From NCBI RefSeq assembly GCF_030028105.1, contig NC_092370.1, forward strand, positions 187,904,005-187,968,004: DNA of 64,000 nt, in the 5' to 3' direction. This DNA comes from Mobula birostris (lineage: Eukaryota). Position 1 is the stretch's first letter; each line of letters starts with the position of its first letter. Made by a program: the position numbers and the translations under genes. Below the pieces are notes generated by a model that made no database searches, had not been told where the DNA came from, and saw only the letters and a program-made list of their open reading frames with translations. Shown here piece by piece: positions 48,401 to 60,400 of the stretch.

Positions 48401-51400
48401 TTTAACGTCTTGAGAATATAGAAGTAGTAACTCTACAGAGGAAAGTGTGTCCAAATCTTCATAGATACACGCTGGTTCAGACACAGCACGTCAATGGCAA
48501 TAAGGGCAGATAAATTTGGATTGCTGTTGTTCCTTTCTGCACCTTGTGGTGTATCAGGTGGCAACTTTGTCATTTCTTTAGCGTGTCGGGTTTTCTTGTA
48601 CAAGATTGAATTGCTAGCTCAATGCTCAACCCAGCACAGATGGAAGCGAGAAAGGAGCTGGCTGGATTCAAACCGGAGACCACTCACCTCGAATTCCGGT
48701 GCAGATGCCACTACACCACCAGCCAGCAAAAAGAATTTGGATTCGGCAAGGCATAAACAGATAGTTTGAATGGATACAGTTCCCCAATAGTGCTTCCATG
48801 TACTAGATTATATGAATTTTGTATCTCAATAGTTCACATATATGAATAAAAACAAAATTTTAACAAGGTCATTAACCAAAAGCACTAACCCTATTTTTCA
48901 CCCTGCACGAGCTGGTCTGATCTGTTGAATATTTCTCACATTTTCTGACTTCAGATTTTTATTACCTGCAGTATTTAGCCTCACACTTCATAAACAGGGT
49001 TACGATGAAAACTTAAAACTAAGATACTGGAGAAAGGCAAAGAAGTTGTTCACAATTTGTGGATCTAGTATGGGGTTATTAGTTTTGAAGCAGTAATACC
49101 TCAAAACTATCTTTCTCTTGTATTTAAACTTTCAAATGACTTATGATTCAATGTAGCATCCATTTTGAAATTATAAAATTAGATATTGCTTAACTACCAC
49201 TTACAAGGATACAACTCCTGCACCCTCTAGTGGCAGGTCAAAAGGGAAGTCAAAAGCAGCAAAAACAAAAATCTAATAAGAAAAGCAAAGTGAAAATGAA
49301 TGTTATAGGACACCATGGATCACATCTCAGTTTATTCTTTATCCTCAGCATTGGAGCAATATAAACCAAATCAGTATCCAAATGTTCAACATTTGAATTT
49401 ACCATTTTTAAAATATAGGATTCTTTAAAACTGTATTTATATCAGCACGGAGAGTTCATAGGCCTAACTTAAGCAGGATAGTTCTAGTGGAAATAAACTG
49501 CAATGAGAAACGGAAGGCTATTGTAGGTTTTCTTCAAGATCTAATGCAGCATACTTGGTATCATTTCAAGATACATACAGTTCAATGTAAAAACTGATTA
49601 GAAAGAAAGCCACCAGTGGATGAAAGCGCAAAGCCTGCGCTCATTCTCCAACAATTATGTTAACAGAACATAGAACAGTACAGCACAGTACAGGCCCTTC
49701 GGCCCACATTGTTGTGCCGACCCTCAAACCCTGCCTCCCATATAAGCCCCCACCTTAAATTCCTCCATATACCTGTCTAGTAGTCTCTTAAATTTCACTA
49801 GTGTATCTGCCTCCACCACTGACTCAGGCAGTGTATTCCACGCACCAACCACTCTCTGAGTAAAAAACGTTCCTCTAATATCCCCCTTGAACTTCCCACC
49901 CCTTACCTTAAAGCCATGTCCCCATTGTATTGAGCAGTGGTGCCCTGGGGAAGAGGTGCTGGCTATCCACTCTATCTATTCCTCTTAATACCTTGTATAC
50001 CTCTATTATGTCTCCTCTCATCCTCTTTCTCTCTAAAGAGTAAAGCCCTAGCTCCCCTAATCTCTGATCATAATGCATACTCTCGAAACCAGGCAGCATC
50101 CTGGTAGATCTCCTCTGTATCCGCTCCAATGCTTCCACATTCTTCCTACAGTGACATGACCAGAACTGGACACAGTACTCCAAATGTGGCCTAACCAGAG
50201 TTTCATAGAGCTGCATCATTACCTCGCGACTCTTAAACTCTATCCCTCAACTTATGAAAGCTAACACCCCATAAGCTTTCTTACTACCCTATCTACCTGT
50301 GAGGCAACTTTCAGGGATCTGTGGACGTGTACCCCCAGATCCCTCTGCTCCTCCACACTACCAAGTATCCTGCCATTTACTTTGTACTCTGCCTTGGAGT
50401 TTGCCCTTCCAAAGTGTACTGCCTCACACTTCTCCATGTTGAACTCCATCCGCCACTTCTCAGCCCACTTCTGCATCCTATCAATGTCTCTCTGCAATCT
50501 TCAACATTCCTCTACATTATCTACAACACCACCAACCTTTGTGTCGTCTGCAAACTTGCCAACCCACCCTTCTACCCCCACATCCAGGTGGTTAATAAAA
50601 ATCACGAAAAGTAGAGGTCCCAGAACAGATCTTTGTGGGACTAGTCACAACCCTCCAATCCAAACATACTCCCTCCACCATGACCTTCTGCCTTCTGCAG
50701 GCAAGCCAATTCTGAATCCACCTGGCCAACCTTCCCTGGATCCCATGCCTTCTGACATTCTGAATAAGCCTACCGTGTGGAACCTTGTCAAATGTCTTAC
50801 TAAAATCCATATAGATCACATCCACTGCACTACCCTCATCTATATGCCTGGTCACCTCCTCAAAGAACTCTATCAGGCTTGTTAGACACAATCTGCCCTT
50901 CACAAACCCATGCTGACTGTCCTGATCAGACCATGATTCTCTAAATGTCCACAGATCCTATCTCTAAGAACCTTTTCCAACACTTTCCCACCACAGACGC
51001 AAGGCTTTAATAATACAAATATTGCCTTGAAAATCCATGATCATCCAGTACACCAACTTGATCAATCTTACCTTAACCTTAAGTCTGCCATGCCGCAATT
51101 CACAATGCTGTTTGAGGAAGAGCTTTAGTTTATCCCGGGAATATTGATTTTTCTTGCGACTGGTAAAAGAAAAGAAAATCTAAATCATAGCTACTTAGAT
51201 ACACACACACACACCCCCAGTGGGAGTAGACACCTGCCCACCACCCATCCCTTGTATCTCTTCAATTTCTGAAATCCCATCATGGCAGATTAATTCCAAG
51301 TTCCTTAAATTTCACTCTATTTCTTTCAATTCAACAATTTTTCAAAATTAATCATCTCATCTCAAAAAAATGTTCGATCTAGCCTTCAATCCTCAGAATT

Positions 51401-54400
51401 CTAGAGAATAGCAAACCCCTGCAAGAAATTCCCAAAGTTATGTTCAATTTCAACATTTAAGAGAAATTTCAGTTAGAACATGGCTGGGAGGTATTTGGAC
51501 GACTATAGCCAAGGTATGGGTTGATGGGACTAGGCAGAATAAGTTTGGCATAAACTAGATGGGCCAAAGAGCCTGTTTCTGTGCTCCAAGCCCATAAAAC
51601 AAAAACAGAATCAGGCCATTCGGCCCACTGGGTATTCACTGCCATTTGATCATAGCTGATTTACTTCCCCTCTCACCCCATTTTCCTGCCTTCTCCCCAT
51701 AATCTTTGATACTAATCAAGAATTTGTCAACCTCCATTTTAAATATACCCAATGAACTGGCTCCCACAGTCACCTGTGGAAACGTCTTACACAGATTCAC
51801 CACTTCCCAGCTGAAGAATTTCCTCCTCATCTCTGTTCTAAAGGGATGCCCTTCTATTCTGAGGCCATGTCCCCTGGCACAGACTACCTCTAATCTTGTA
51901 CTTGTGTCCTTGATTGAGACATTCTCAGAGGGCATGGTCATGATCTATTCAATTTTGTGTTTCCACCTCAACTTTTCACTTTGCTGCTTATGACAGAGCA
52001 ACACTCCCATCCCAGGGATTAGCATTGTAGATTTCCTCCAATACTTAAGTATTCTTAAAGACTAAAACTGTCCACAGTATTTCAGGTATGGCCTCGCCAG
52101 CATGCTCCACAAATGCAATAACACGGAAAGAATCCTTGCTGCATTATATCATTTTTCTTCCCCAGTGACCTTGATAACTTGATGAGTCTAATCAATATGC
52201 ACACTGCCAATATTTCCCCAATTTGCTTCCTATTCTACAAGAACACATCAGGGTCTTTAAACACCACCCCTCACCCTTGCCTTTTTTTAACCCTCCCAGA
52301 GCTTACTTTCATTACATCCCACAGCACAGCACTCACCACTGCACTGATATTATAGGCATCCATTAGTCTCGTGAGACCATAGATTTGTACCTTGGAAGGT
52401 TTCCAGGGCGCAGGCCTGGGCAAGGTTGTATGGAAGACCAGCAGTTGCCCATGCTGCAAGTCTCCCCTCTCCACACCACCGATGTTGTCCATGGGAAGGG
52501 CATTAGGACCCACACAGCTTGGCACCGGTGTCGTCGCAGAGCAATGTGTGGTTGGTTAAGTGCCTTGCTCAAGGACCCTCACACTGCCTCAGCCAAGGCT
52601 TGAATTAGCGATCTTCAGGTCACTAGACAAATGCCTTAACCACTTGGCCACGCGCCAACACTGCACTGTTACCTTGCCTGATTAATAATGTAATCTCACC
52701 AACTTTCCCTTTGGATTATTGAATAACTAGGAGTATTGAGGAACCAGTCTTGGTCACTGTGAATCACCATCAAGGCACCAAAAGACAATAGGATTTCCAA
52801 AAGATACATCTTTCAGCAAATATTTCAATATTCATGTAGATTTTAAACTTCTAGTGAAACATCCCAGATACTCACTTCATCTGGGCAGCTTTAATTATGA
52901 TTTCATTTCCTTCAGTTTTAAGTGGTTTCACCTTGTACTTAAATAAAGATACATCAATCTTGCTTTTTTCCCTGCAAAAACAATATCAAATTTTAACAAT
53001 ATTGTGCTGCTTAACTTCGCAAGCTTTCATCGTTTTTTGTTAAATTAAATACACCACTGTTATAAAATGCAAGTACAAGCCTTTTTGAATTTCTTTTCTA
53101 AAGTGGACTGCTGAGCCACACCATTATCCACCTTCTCAAATGATTTGTGTAGGGATTTCGAAAAGAAACTTAAGCAGTTACCAGACTTAGTTTCTACCCA
53201 AACCCTGTAGTTCTTCCCTTAGCTTTACTCCAGACTCTCAAGTACTTAAATAAATTTAATGTTTTATACATTTTTGTCAACTGAATTGAAGTAGGTTTGG
53301 ACCTATGATACAAGATTACACCTAACTGACAAACAGAAACTATAGGGTGACTACTATGAGAAACATGAATTGCTTAATTCAAGATACTAGATAACTGGGC
53401 AAATACTGTAATTGCCTCTGTAATTGTTTTTGCTGCACTCCAAAGAGAGAGAGTTTTAATTTTTCAGCATAAACATCCATTAGGATGCCCATGAACAAAT
53501 ATCAGCAGAAGAAACCCAATTTCCTAGAAAGCAAAGGTGCACAATTCACTTTCTCCAAATAAGAAATACTCTTAACTTTTCCATGTTCATAGTCAAATAT
53601 AAATTTGCCCAAAATGTTTACTCACTGCTGTTTCATTTTCTTATGGCATGGGAGACCACTTATTAAGCCTATGCCAGCTGTCATAGCATATTTATCAGGC
53701 ATATTCATCTACTTAATTCCCTGTAATGTATTTTCACGCATGTGCCTATCAATTCCTCCCAGTTATATGACTACCCATGTACATTATGGGCAATTAACTT
53801 GGGATGTGGGAGGAATCCAACAATCACAGGTGGGATGCGCAAAATCTTTAAGGCCAATGTTGCTGCTTTGTTAATTTATAGATCACAACAGGCAACATTA
53901 TATTATGCTTGATTTGATATTTTGTGCTATAAATCTTCGATCTTGTTAACACACTGGTTTTGCCAACAGAAGAAAAAACTTTAGAAATTAGTCTGCACAT
54001 TCAATTAGTCTGACAAAAATTGTTGTCAAATACAAAAACAAGTCTACAGTTAGAGCTTACTGCCATTTCCAAATATGTTTTTCATCAAATTTCCAAGCTC
54101 ATCATCACATCCAATACTGGAATGCAATATGTGCCATTCCAACAGCAATGTTAACAGCTCAGCTCATCTATTACTTCTGATGGATAGCCCACTCCAAAAG
54201 CTCTAATATTCTGCTAATCAGTTTACTTCGCAAAAAAATGTTTCACTAAACCATAATTTTGATTTTCAAGGTAACAGATCAGACAAGTTTTAACTTGTAA
54301 AAAGGCATTTGCTGTAAATTCTAACTGTTCCACTTATCACCTGCTCAAGGAAATGGCACATGTAGTTAAGAAAGCCAATTTAAAATTTAAAAAGAAAAAA

Positions 54401-57400
54401 AAAAATGAGAAACAGCTTCAAAAACATAACTTAAAGCAACAAGAATCTCTACATAAAGTGGGAGAAAAGAAATTTCAGCTGCAAGATTATGGAATTAAAT
54501 GGCCAAACTAAAAATAAATGAATGAAATTAATAGAAAAAAAATGAAGTAAAGAGTTGAAAGAAAGTGGGCTATTCAACTGGTTTAAATTATTCACATCAA
54601 ACCATTGCTGTTTCCACACAAGAGATTAGTAATTATTCTAATCTCTCACCACATTATGATGCTTCTCAACTATCTTATTTATAACCTAGCAGTGCCAGTA
54701 GAACAGACTAAAGACACAAATTAGTCTATCTAGGTGCAATGTAAAGATTTACCCAATTGATGGAGAAGCTGTCGAGACTTTGGATTGTTCCTCAATGTCA
54801 CTTTCATCACTAATGACAATTACAACATCTTCAGTTCTGTTACTTATGTGTCCATTAGCAGTCCCATTTAGCATCGGTGGGGTCAGAACTTCCAAAACCT
54901 TACATGTTTGCCTACAAAAAAAAAAAATTTCAATTGAATCCAAAAAAAAAAAAGAGAAACTTTTCATCAAATACAGCTAATGAAAACTTAACATAGGCTA
55001 GCTGGATTTGAATAACTGCCCAAATATTTGGCACTTCATTTGTTTTTGAATCCAGAAATACAAATTTTAAATGGTACTCCAAACATATGCAGTTCTTTTA
55101 AAGAAAATGTTCGAGTCATTTTCATGAGGAATCATTTAAGCTTATACATCTCGATTCTGTCAATGGCATACAATGTACATTCATTACTCGTGTAAGTGTG
55201 CTCTAAACACAAACTGTCAAACACTACAATCTCAACATCAAAATGCAGGTGCTCTTAAAGTCTTCAACAATATACTCACAGGGAAAATGTGCAGTTCTGC
55301 ACATGTGTTGGAACACACCACCCCAAACCCTTTCCTTCTATTGGGATGGGGTTGTTTAAAAAAAAGTTCCATCTACTTAATCTGAAAATTACTGTTTTCA
55401 TTTACTACTGAGAATATAGACATTAACTTCAAAGTCTGCATTTACTGTATGTCTGATTAAAGTCTGACTTAATAAATACATTATAATCAATGTAAACTAA
55501 ATATTTATGTTCCATTGCTTCTGCCCTTTAAGACTGTAAGGGAAAAAATGGTCAAATATCTGAGAAAATGGGGAAACCAACTTCAAAATCATGTTCTTAT
55601 TTCTGGGATGAAGAGTATACAAAAATGCAGACTTGCATTTTTAAAAAAAGCATCTTTCACATCTGTAGGATGCCCTCTGGCATTTACAGCTAGTATGCTA
55701 CTTAAATATTGGCATGACAATACAGCAACTAACTCACTTGAGTGACTCTGGGACTTGCAATGAGACCTGTAACCAATTAATTTGCTTTGGTGTTATTGGT
55801 GGTAGATCAAATGCTAGGCAAGGTACAACTTGTTTTCATTTGACTGAAACTAGCAAAGTATCACTTTCAAATGCAAAGTTAAAGCCTTAAAAAGCTGCAC
55901 TCATTCAGTATGGTATCAAAATAACTCATGGAATCATTTTGGAGTGGGACTTGAACTTCTGACTTTCTTACTCAGTAAAGCAAAACAGCACCCTGATCCC
56001 TTGACATTGCAGATCCATTTGTACTGTCATTCACTTCACTATGCGTACAAGTTAACATACTTTAATTGTGGTAGCAAAGGGCAAAAAGAACCTGTAGCAA
56101 GTAATATTAAAAAAAAACAGCACTATGCTTTGCTGAAAATTGCCATCAGGTAAAAGGATACACTACTGTGCAATCCAGCTTAATGAAAAAGCAATGTTGT
56201 CAAATTCATATGTAAACATCGTTAAATTGATCAAGGTAACATCTATAGCAGGGATTCCCAACCCGGGGTCCATGGACCCCTTGGTATAGGTCCATGGCCC
56301 ACAAAAGGCTGGGAACCCCGGTCTGTAGCATCACAGTGCAGGAAGTAATACATTGAGAATTGGGAGTAAAAACAGGAAAAGTTAACTTGTGACACACCAC
56401 TTAGAAATACAAATCCATCCCAAGTGCTTTTGCGACAAGTATTGGAAAAAGTGTGCAGTTTTGAGGACGTCAAAGAAAAAATATTCAGTGGACCACAATG
56501 TAAGATGGCAGAGGAATGCAAAGAGTTATCCCTTTCAAAGTGCTAATATTTTATATTACATCAATACCTGAGACCATTAAGACCAGTTACTTCTACTATC
56601 TCTCCTGCAAAGTATCGATGTTGCGTATACACGTAGAGATCTTCACAGAGCTCATGGAGTCGTGAGCAATAGGAAAGTGACGCTAAGTAAAGGATGGGCA
56701 TCACCAGTGGATCAGGGAAATTTTGAAGATTCTGTCTGGCCTTGGCTTCCGACTCAACTGCTTCCTGGTAAGTTAGCCCTGGCTTTCCTGTAATGGCACA
56801 GCTCCAGACCAGACTGTTGCAAAGTATGGTTCTTTCAAAAAAGTCACTGCAAAGAAAAAAAAAGCGGTGTTAAGTAGGGAAGTTCCTTGGCGTTATCTTT
56901 TCAGTGGACCTATCTTGGGACCACACACAAGTCCCATTACAAGGATGGCACTATAGCACCTCACTTTCTTAGAAGTTTGTGCAGATTCGGCATGTCATCT
57001 AAAACTTTGGCAAACTCCCATAGATGCACAGTGGAGAGTATCCTGACCTGTTGCATCACTGCCTGGTAGGGAAATATTAATGCCCAAGACCAGAAAAGCC
57101 TACAAAATGTAGTAGATACAGCCCTACCACAGACCACACCTACAAGGAGAACTGTTGCAGGAAAGAGGCATCCCTCAAAGATCCCCACCATCCAGTTTAT
57201 GCTCTCTTCTCACTGCAGCCATTAGGGAGGTGTTACAGAAGACTCAGGACCCACAAGTTCAGGAACAATTATTACCTCGCAATCAGGCTCTTGAACAAGA
57301 AGGGATAACTTCACTCACTCCAACACTGAACTGATCCCACAAACTATAGACTCATTTTCAAGGACTCAGTATTATTTTATTTTTCTCTTATGTACTTGGA

Positions 57401-60400
57401 CTTTTTTTTTGCCTTTTGCATTGTTTTTTTGTCCATCTTTCTTTGGGTACAGTTTTTCATTGATCCTATTTCTTTGTATCTACCGTGAATAGTCCACAAG
57501 AAAATGAATCTCAGGTTTGTATATTGTGACATATTCATATTTTCATAATAAATTTACTTTGAATTTCGAGGTATAAAATACAGTGAATTTAGTTACACTT
57601 CTGCTCTTACTTTTCTCCCCACTTACAAACCCCAGAACTAAGGGAGTCCCTTTGTTCACATTTCTACCCACAAAGGCTCACAATTATTACAACGACATTT
57701 ACAATTTCCAGCATCTTAGAATCATGTTTAATATCACTAACGTATGTCGTAAAATTTGTTGTCTGTGACGTCTTTACATCCTTTCAGCATCCTGAAGTAT
57801 CATCCCCTCAGTTGCTCTAGTTTACTCTTCCTTCACTATCAATATGTATGGCATTTCCTAAAACATCTCATTACGCAGGCACAGGAGATACAATGCTACC
57901 CTTTTAAATCTTCACTTCTTACACATCCAGCACCAAGTATTTTTATGGGAAGTAGCAATTTTCACTTCTGATTTAATATAGCTCGTAACTATGGGAAAAG
58001 TAAGTGCACTTTAAATAGCTCAAATATGTTCGCAGGCTCATTGTTACGATTCTCCTTTAGATTACAGTCCAATCTCTCTGAGTTCTGATACAGTTCTACA
58101 AATTCCAATGCAAATTTGTGGACCAGTACGATTTCTTCCAAAAAATATCTAAAAGCTTCAGGACCCAGTAGAAGTTCAATAATCACATCCAGAATTCCTT
58201 TTAATCATGAAAATGGCCAGTCTACATCTAACTCCTTCAAACTAACCTTTTATTTCCTCTTTTGTGCTATTACTGCTTAATTTCATTCAAATTGGTCATT
58301 TACTGTCTCTCACCATTTCACAAACTCTTCCACAAATCTGCAACTATACCCAGTTCTGATGAAAATACACCCATCTAAAATTGAAACAACTTATCTAAAG
58401 ATGCACATGACCTGCTGAGTATCTAGCATGTTCGTTCTAAATTTTAGATTAGTATAAATGGCATCTTAGTTTCATTTCATATTAGAGGAATGAAATGAAC
58501 TTTAATCTGTTACAAGTAGTTTATGATGTAGATGCTAATTAGATGGGACCAGACAAATACACAAGTGATGTCATTAATTGAAAAATTGAGTGCAAGCAAT
58601 TTCTGACAATCTCAGATATATTTAAAATTCATCCTGAATTGCAAAAATATAGTTTTCTCCACTAAAAGTATAAAGCACACTTCCACATTAAACACACACC
58701 AACTTTTACGAAGATGCTTTTATGCAGTGACATCTTATTCTTTCTATAATAAGCAACTAACAGACAGCCAATGAAATTGCAACCCAAAATAAAGCAAAAC
58801 TATTGTCACATTTAACTGCAGATCACTTTTAGTATAGAATCTGCAGGAATGCAAATGATATTCAGTTTAAGCTTTTTTTGCACTGTACAGAAGATTACAG
58901 GTCTCAGCAACAGTAAACGAAAGGAATCCTTCAAGACAGTTTTAAGATTTAAATGGAGGTCCACAGACAATTTGTTAGTACAAATATTTGAAATTATTGT
59001 CACATGTTGTATTCACTATCAATGCTATCAAGGGGATGAGAATTAACAACAGAAGAGCAATCCTTTTTCTGTGAAAGGGAACTTGGCCTCCATTTTTAGT
59101 GCTTGCCAACAATGACATGGGTGTGACTCACTCTCATTCGATAGAAAGATCACCAGCACAGATACTTCCTAAAGGACTGTCAGGGAACATCTGAAGCCAT
59201 CAACAGGGGTTAAAAATGATACAAAATCAAGTGAAAGGCTTATACTGCTGCACAAAGAGACCCATCTCCTGAGAATTATGAGAGAAAAAGAATCAGAATT
59301 CAACTGAGGACCAAGGCAATCCCAAAAATTTGGCATCAATGAAACAAATGAGAGTAAAAAGGAAAAAACAAACAAGACTTGATAATATCCCCTTTGCCAA
59401 TCACCTGTCCAGCTCTTGGCTCCATCCCTCCCCCTCCTGTCTTCTCTTATCATTTTGGATCTCCCCCTCCCAAATCTCTTACTAACTCTTCCTTCAGTTA
59501 GTCCTGACGAAGGGTCTCGGCCTGAAACGTCGACTGTACCTCTTCCTAGAGATGCTGTCTGGCCTGCTGCGTTCACCAGCAACTTTGATGTGTGAGGACT
59601 TGATAACTAGTATCCTAGTGCTTAAAGTGGATCCACTAATTATCACCTACCAAAATTACACAAATTCAAGAATGGTTCTCACCGAGATGAAGGAAGCAAA
59701 TACATCCTCTAGAGTTATAGAAGGAAAAGAAAACAGGCAGCTACAGAAGTGTTAAGGTGAGACAGGCATTGATGGAACTATACACATGTTGATTTGTTTT
59801 GAGATTGCAATTAGCAGAATTGTTCAGAGTGAACCAGTTGAAATGGCATTCCAACCACCAGAAAAAAAATGAATAAAGTGATGAACATTAGATTATTAAA
59901 CAAAACTAGAGCACAATTTTGGGGGTAATATACTGGCATGGACTGAGGCTAGGTTAATGGAAAAATCTGGCCTCCCCACATCCCATAATCTTGGGTGCTT
60001 TAATGACAAATTATTTAATGTTCAAATAGGGCCATCTTGCCAACCCTGTCTTCTCAGTCTTAATTAGTCATTCTTGAAGGAATAACTGAATCATTTCCAG
60101 ATTGGAAGGCTATGATCAGTGGGGTACTACTGGGATCTAATCTGGACTACTACTCATAACACAGAAGATATAAAGCCAGCTGGAAGAATGGACTATTAGC
60201 ACAATGTTAAAATGTGTTGAAGGGATATAGGCAGTTGAAGAGCAAGTAAATGACAAGTAAAATGTGGAAAAGTTGAATGTCATCCATTCTAACAGAGAAA
60301 AAAGATCTTATGAAAGTGCGAGAGTAAAAGGTATTACCTTTAAATAGACCTGGCATCTCTACAGGAATCACTGAAATTTAACATGTAGACAGAGCAAGTA

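Noticed and set aside
9050-52120. Antisense orientation bias of CR1 copies in BAZ1A introns
   Set aside because: The largest copies are antisense, but several sense copies exist; numbers are too small to claim a bias.
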